Positions 62,401 through 64,000 of a stretch of 64,000 nucleotides of DNA are shown here, in pieces. The translations under genes and the position numbers were made by a program. Below the pieces are notes generated by a model. That model was not told the DNA's origin. It did no database searches and worked only from the letters and a program-made list of their open reading frames with translations. Every line of letters starts with the position of its first letter. Position 1 is the stretch's first letter. Origin of the DNA: Zygnema circumcarinatum SAG 698-1b (taxonomy: Eukaryota; Plantae; Zygnematophyceae); the NCBI GenBank assembly GCA_037447605.1, contig CM074805.1, forward strand, positions 4,063,361 to 4,127,360, given 5' to 3'.

Positions 62401-63955
62401 GTTCCACTTGGCTATTCATCACTAGAAGCTATTCATCACCAGTTTAATGTTCAAGGGAGCTACACAACACTCAATGGAATCATTTCAACCCTCCTCGTGC
62501 ACACGCCTTTTGCCACATCACTTTGTGATGAGGTTCAGAATCACTTACTGCAATGAAGGAGGTCTTCTCATTGCTGTCAAGGTTATGATCCCAATAATCA
62601 AGGAGAAAATTCAAAAGCGCTTCTCTGCATCAAGTAAGATTTTTCAGTGCACAATAAGCCCTATGTAAACTACAACTCGAGGCCTCTCTAACCTCAAATA
62701 CCATTCACCAAGTCCTCTCACCTCCCCTGCTTTGCCAAAGGGAAAGTGACAATTCCTTTGAAGTATTAAAAAGTGAATGGTTCCTTCTAACATAACAAGC
62801 AGATGAGGCCCAGGAAACAGGATAAATACGGTTAGCCATAACGTCATTGTCGTCAGTTGGACTTCATTTCACCATACATGACGAACGCGCACTTCAAAGA
62901 ACAAGATCGGCAGCATGGAAGCAAACAGTGAATGCTTCCGTCAACCACAATTCCTTTTGAGGTTCACCTCCTATTTTCTTTGAACTGGTAGGCTTTGCAT
63001 TCCTCCAATTCCTCATACAGCTCCAGTGTCTGCAAATTTCACCCGTATGCAGAAAATTAGTGCGAGGCTCGCGACTCATGGTATACTACAAGGTTACGCA
63101 AGTGTACGGAAATGTCATATATTGGAGACACTGCTATTGGAGAGCCAATAAAGCAAAAGAGGACACTTTGGCAAGCATCAACCAAGCACCTCCAACTTAA
63201 GAACGGCACTCGATCCTACCATGGAAATGAAGCTTTGGGCAACTTGGCAATACAGTGTAGGAGAAATGAAATAGTCGACGGAGCTGCTTTGCTGAGCATG
63301 GGCTTCTGAATCCTCCACAGCCTTTGGCTGTGTCGGTGACTTCCAGACTCCCAGCCGCTTGCTGGCCTCATCCGGTCTTTGTCTTGACCTAGAACGGGAA
63401 CGCGTGGGAATTTCGTAATTTAACAAAGTAGCTGGTGGTCTCTCTGAACGAAGCCTTTTTGTACGAGTTCCTCGATTGTTATCTGTAACTGCAGGGCCAC
63501 TCACACCATCTGCTGTGCGTTCGAGTGTGTCTTCAGAATCGCGAACACTTTCAAGGTCTTGCTTTGAAGGTCTCTTTCCGGCTACGCTTGTCCTTGTAAA
63601 CTCAGAATCGGAGTCGTTTTGTGTGCTTCCCTTGATTATTCGCATGAGGTTCGTAATTAGGTGATCACAAAGAATCTTTGGAAGAGCCTGTCAGTGGTGA
63701 AAAAAACGTTTCAGCTAGCCGTTGCGAACAGAATCATAGTCAGACGTGGTTATTTGACTGACTTTGTGCAAGTCTTGACAGGAGCGTTCCATGGCACTGA
63801 AATGTGCAATATCCTGCTTGAAATTATATGGAATCACAACAAGTAACTGCTCACTTCAAACCGCGTTCAAGAATATCTTGACAGCATGTAGAGACGCAAA
63901 CATCACCATTTTGAAAGGAACCGGCACCTTGCTTGGATTATTGACGCTGCGAACA
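59453..63955 (-). CDS. Unidentified multi-exon protein-coding gene, 5' end beyond the window
   Basis: Plausible AG/GT-bounded minus-strand exons encode VNNPSKVPVPFKM; ...RPDEASKRLGVWKSP...; TLELYEELEECKAYQFKENRR|EALLNFLLDYWDHNL...; NSPVQAEDGFPFWDLPEICKQ; RLHLFDNYEAEARDCAIG; TPVERANTSVKPKPLDISDLLQWI; AIVNLVLDTVNLHVELHPM|DPTLPTIQRAFLVAEALAEV. Several junctions are phase-compatible. The 3' end (60233 or 59453) is uncertain, and I do not recognise the family. Confidence 0.6.
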
Positions 63956-64000
63956 ACTATTGATCAGGCTAAGTTTCTGTGGGCTGACCTCAAGCATTCT

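Noticed and set aside
1-64000. CRISPR arrays, rRNA, prokaryotic operons or intact retroelements
   Set aside because: I saw no repeat-spacer arrays, rRNA, or RT/integrase/transposase ORFs, and the window is spliceosomal eukaryotic DNA.

Overview
This is eukaryotic, intron-rich, gene-dense nuclear DNA from a green plant. A non-angiosperm streptophyte (alga, bryophyte or fern grade) is my inference from plant-type orthologues, a plastid trigger factor, a PUF60-like gene and a fern/algal-type LysM. By splicing GT-AG exons manually I reconstructed 13 protein-coding genes: HAUS4/AUG4 (5'-partial, +), plastid trigger factor (-), GET1/WRB (+), PUF60-like (+), ICMT-family methyltransferase (-), galactokinase (+), small OB-fold protein (-), divergent VDAC porin (-), peroxisomal LACS6/7-type acyl-CoA synthetase (+), DUF962/Mpo1-like (-), a small secreted single-LysM protein (+), DPH3 (+) and an unidentified multi-exon gene at the right edge (-). 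There are two identical, convergent tRNA-Ser(UGA) genes, a ~510 bp CT-rich microsatellite, and a 1,437 bp-period duplication across a 10-N gap that is probably an assembly artefact. Most long ORFs in the supplied track are antisense or microsatellite artefacts. The most interesting signals are: (1) an intact Mpo1/DUF962 homologue that has lost two of its three conserved His residues and has a long open N-terminal extension; (2) a stand-alone secreted Cys-type LysM protein with an RKLL motif; (3) a VDAC with either a 55-aa N-terminal extension carrying an RVxF-like motif or a 1-nt frameshift; (4) a full PUF60-type splicing factor in a plant genome. I saw no CRISPR array, rRNA or intact transposon. 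All homology calls are from recalled family motifs, not database searches.
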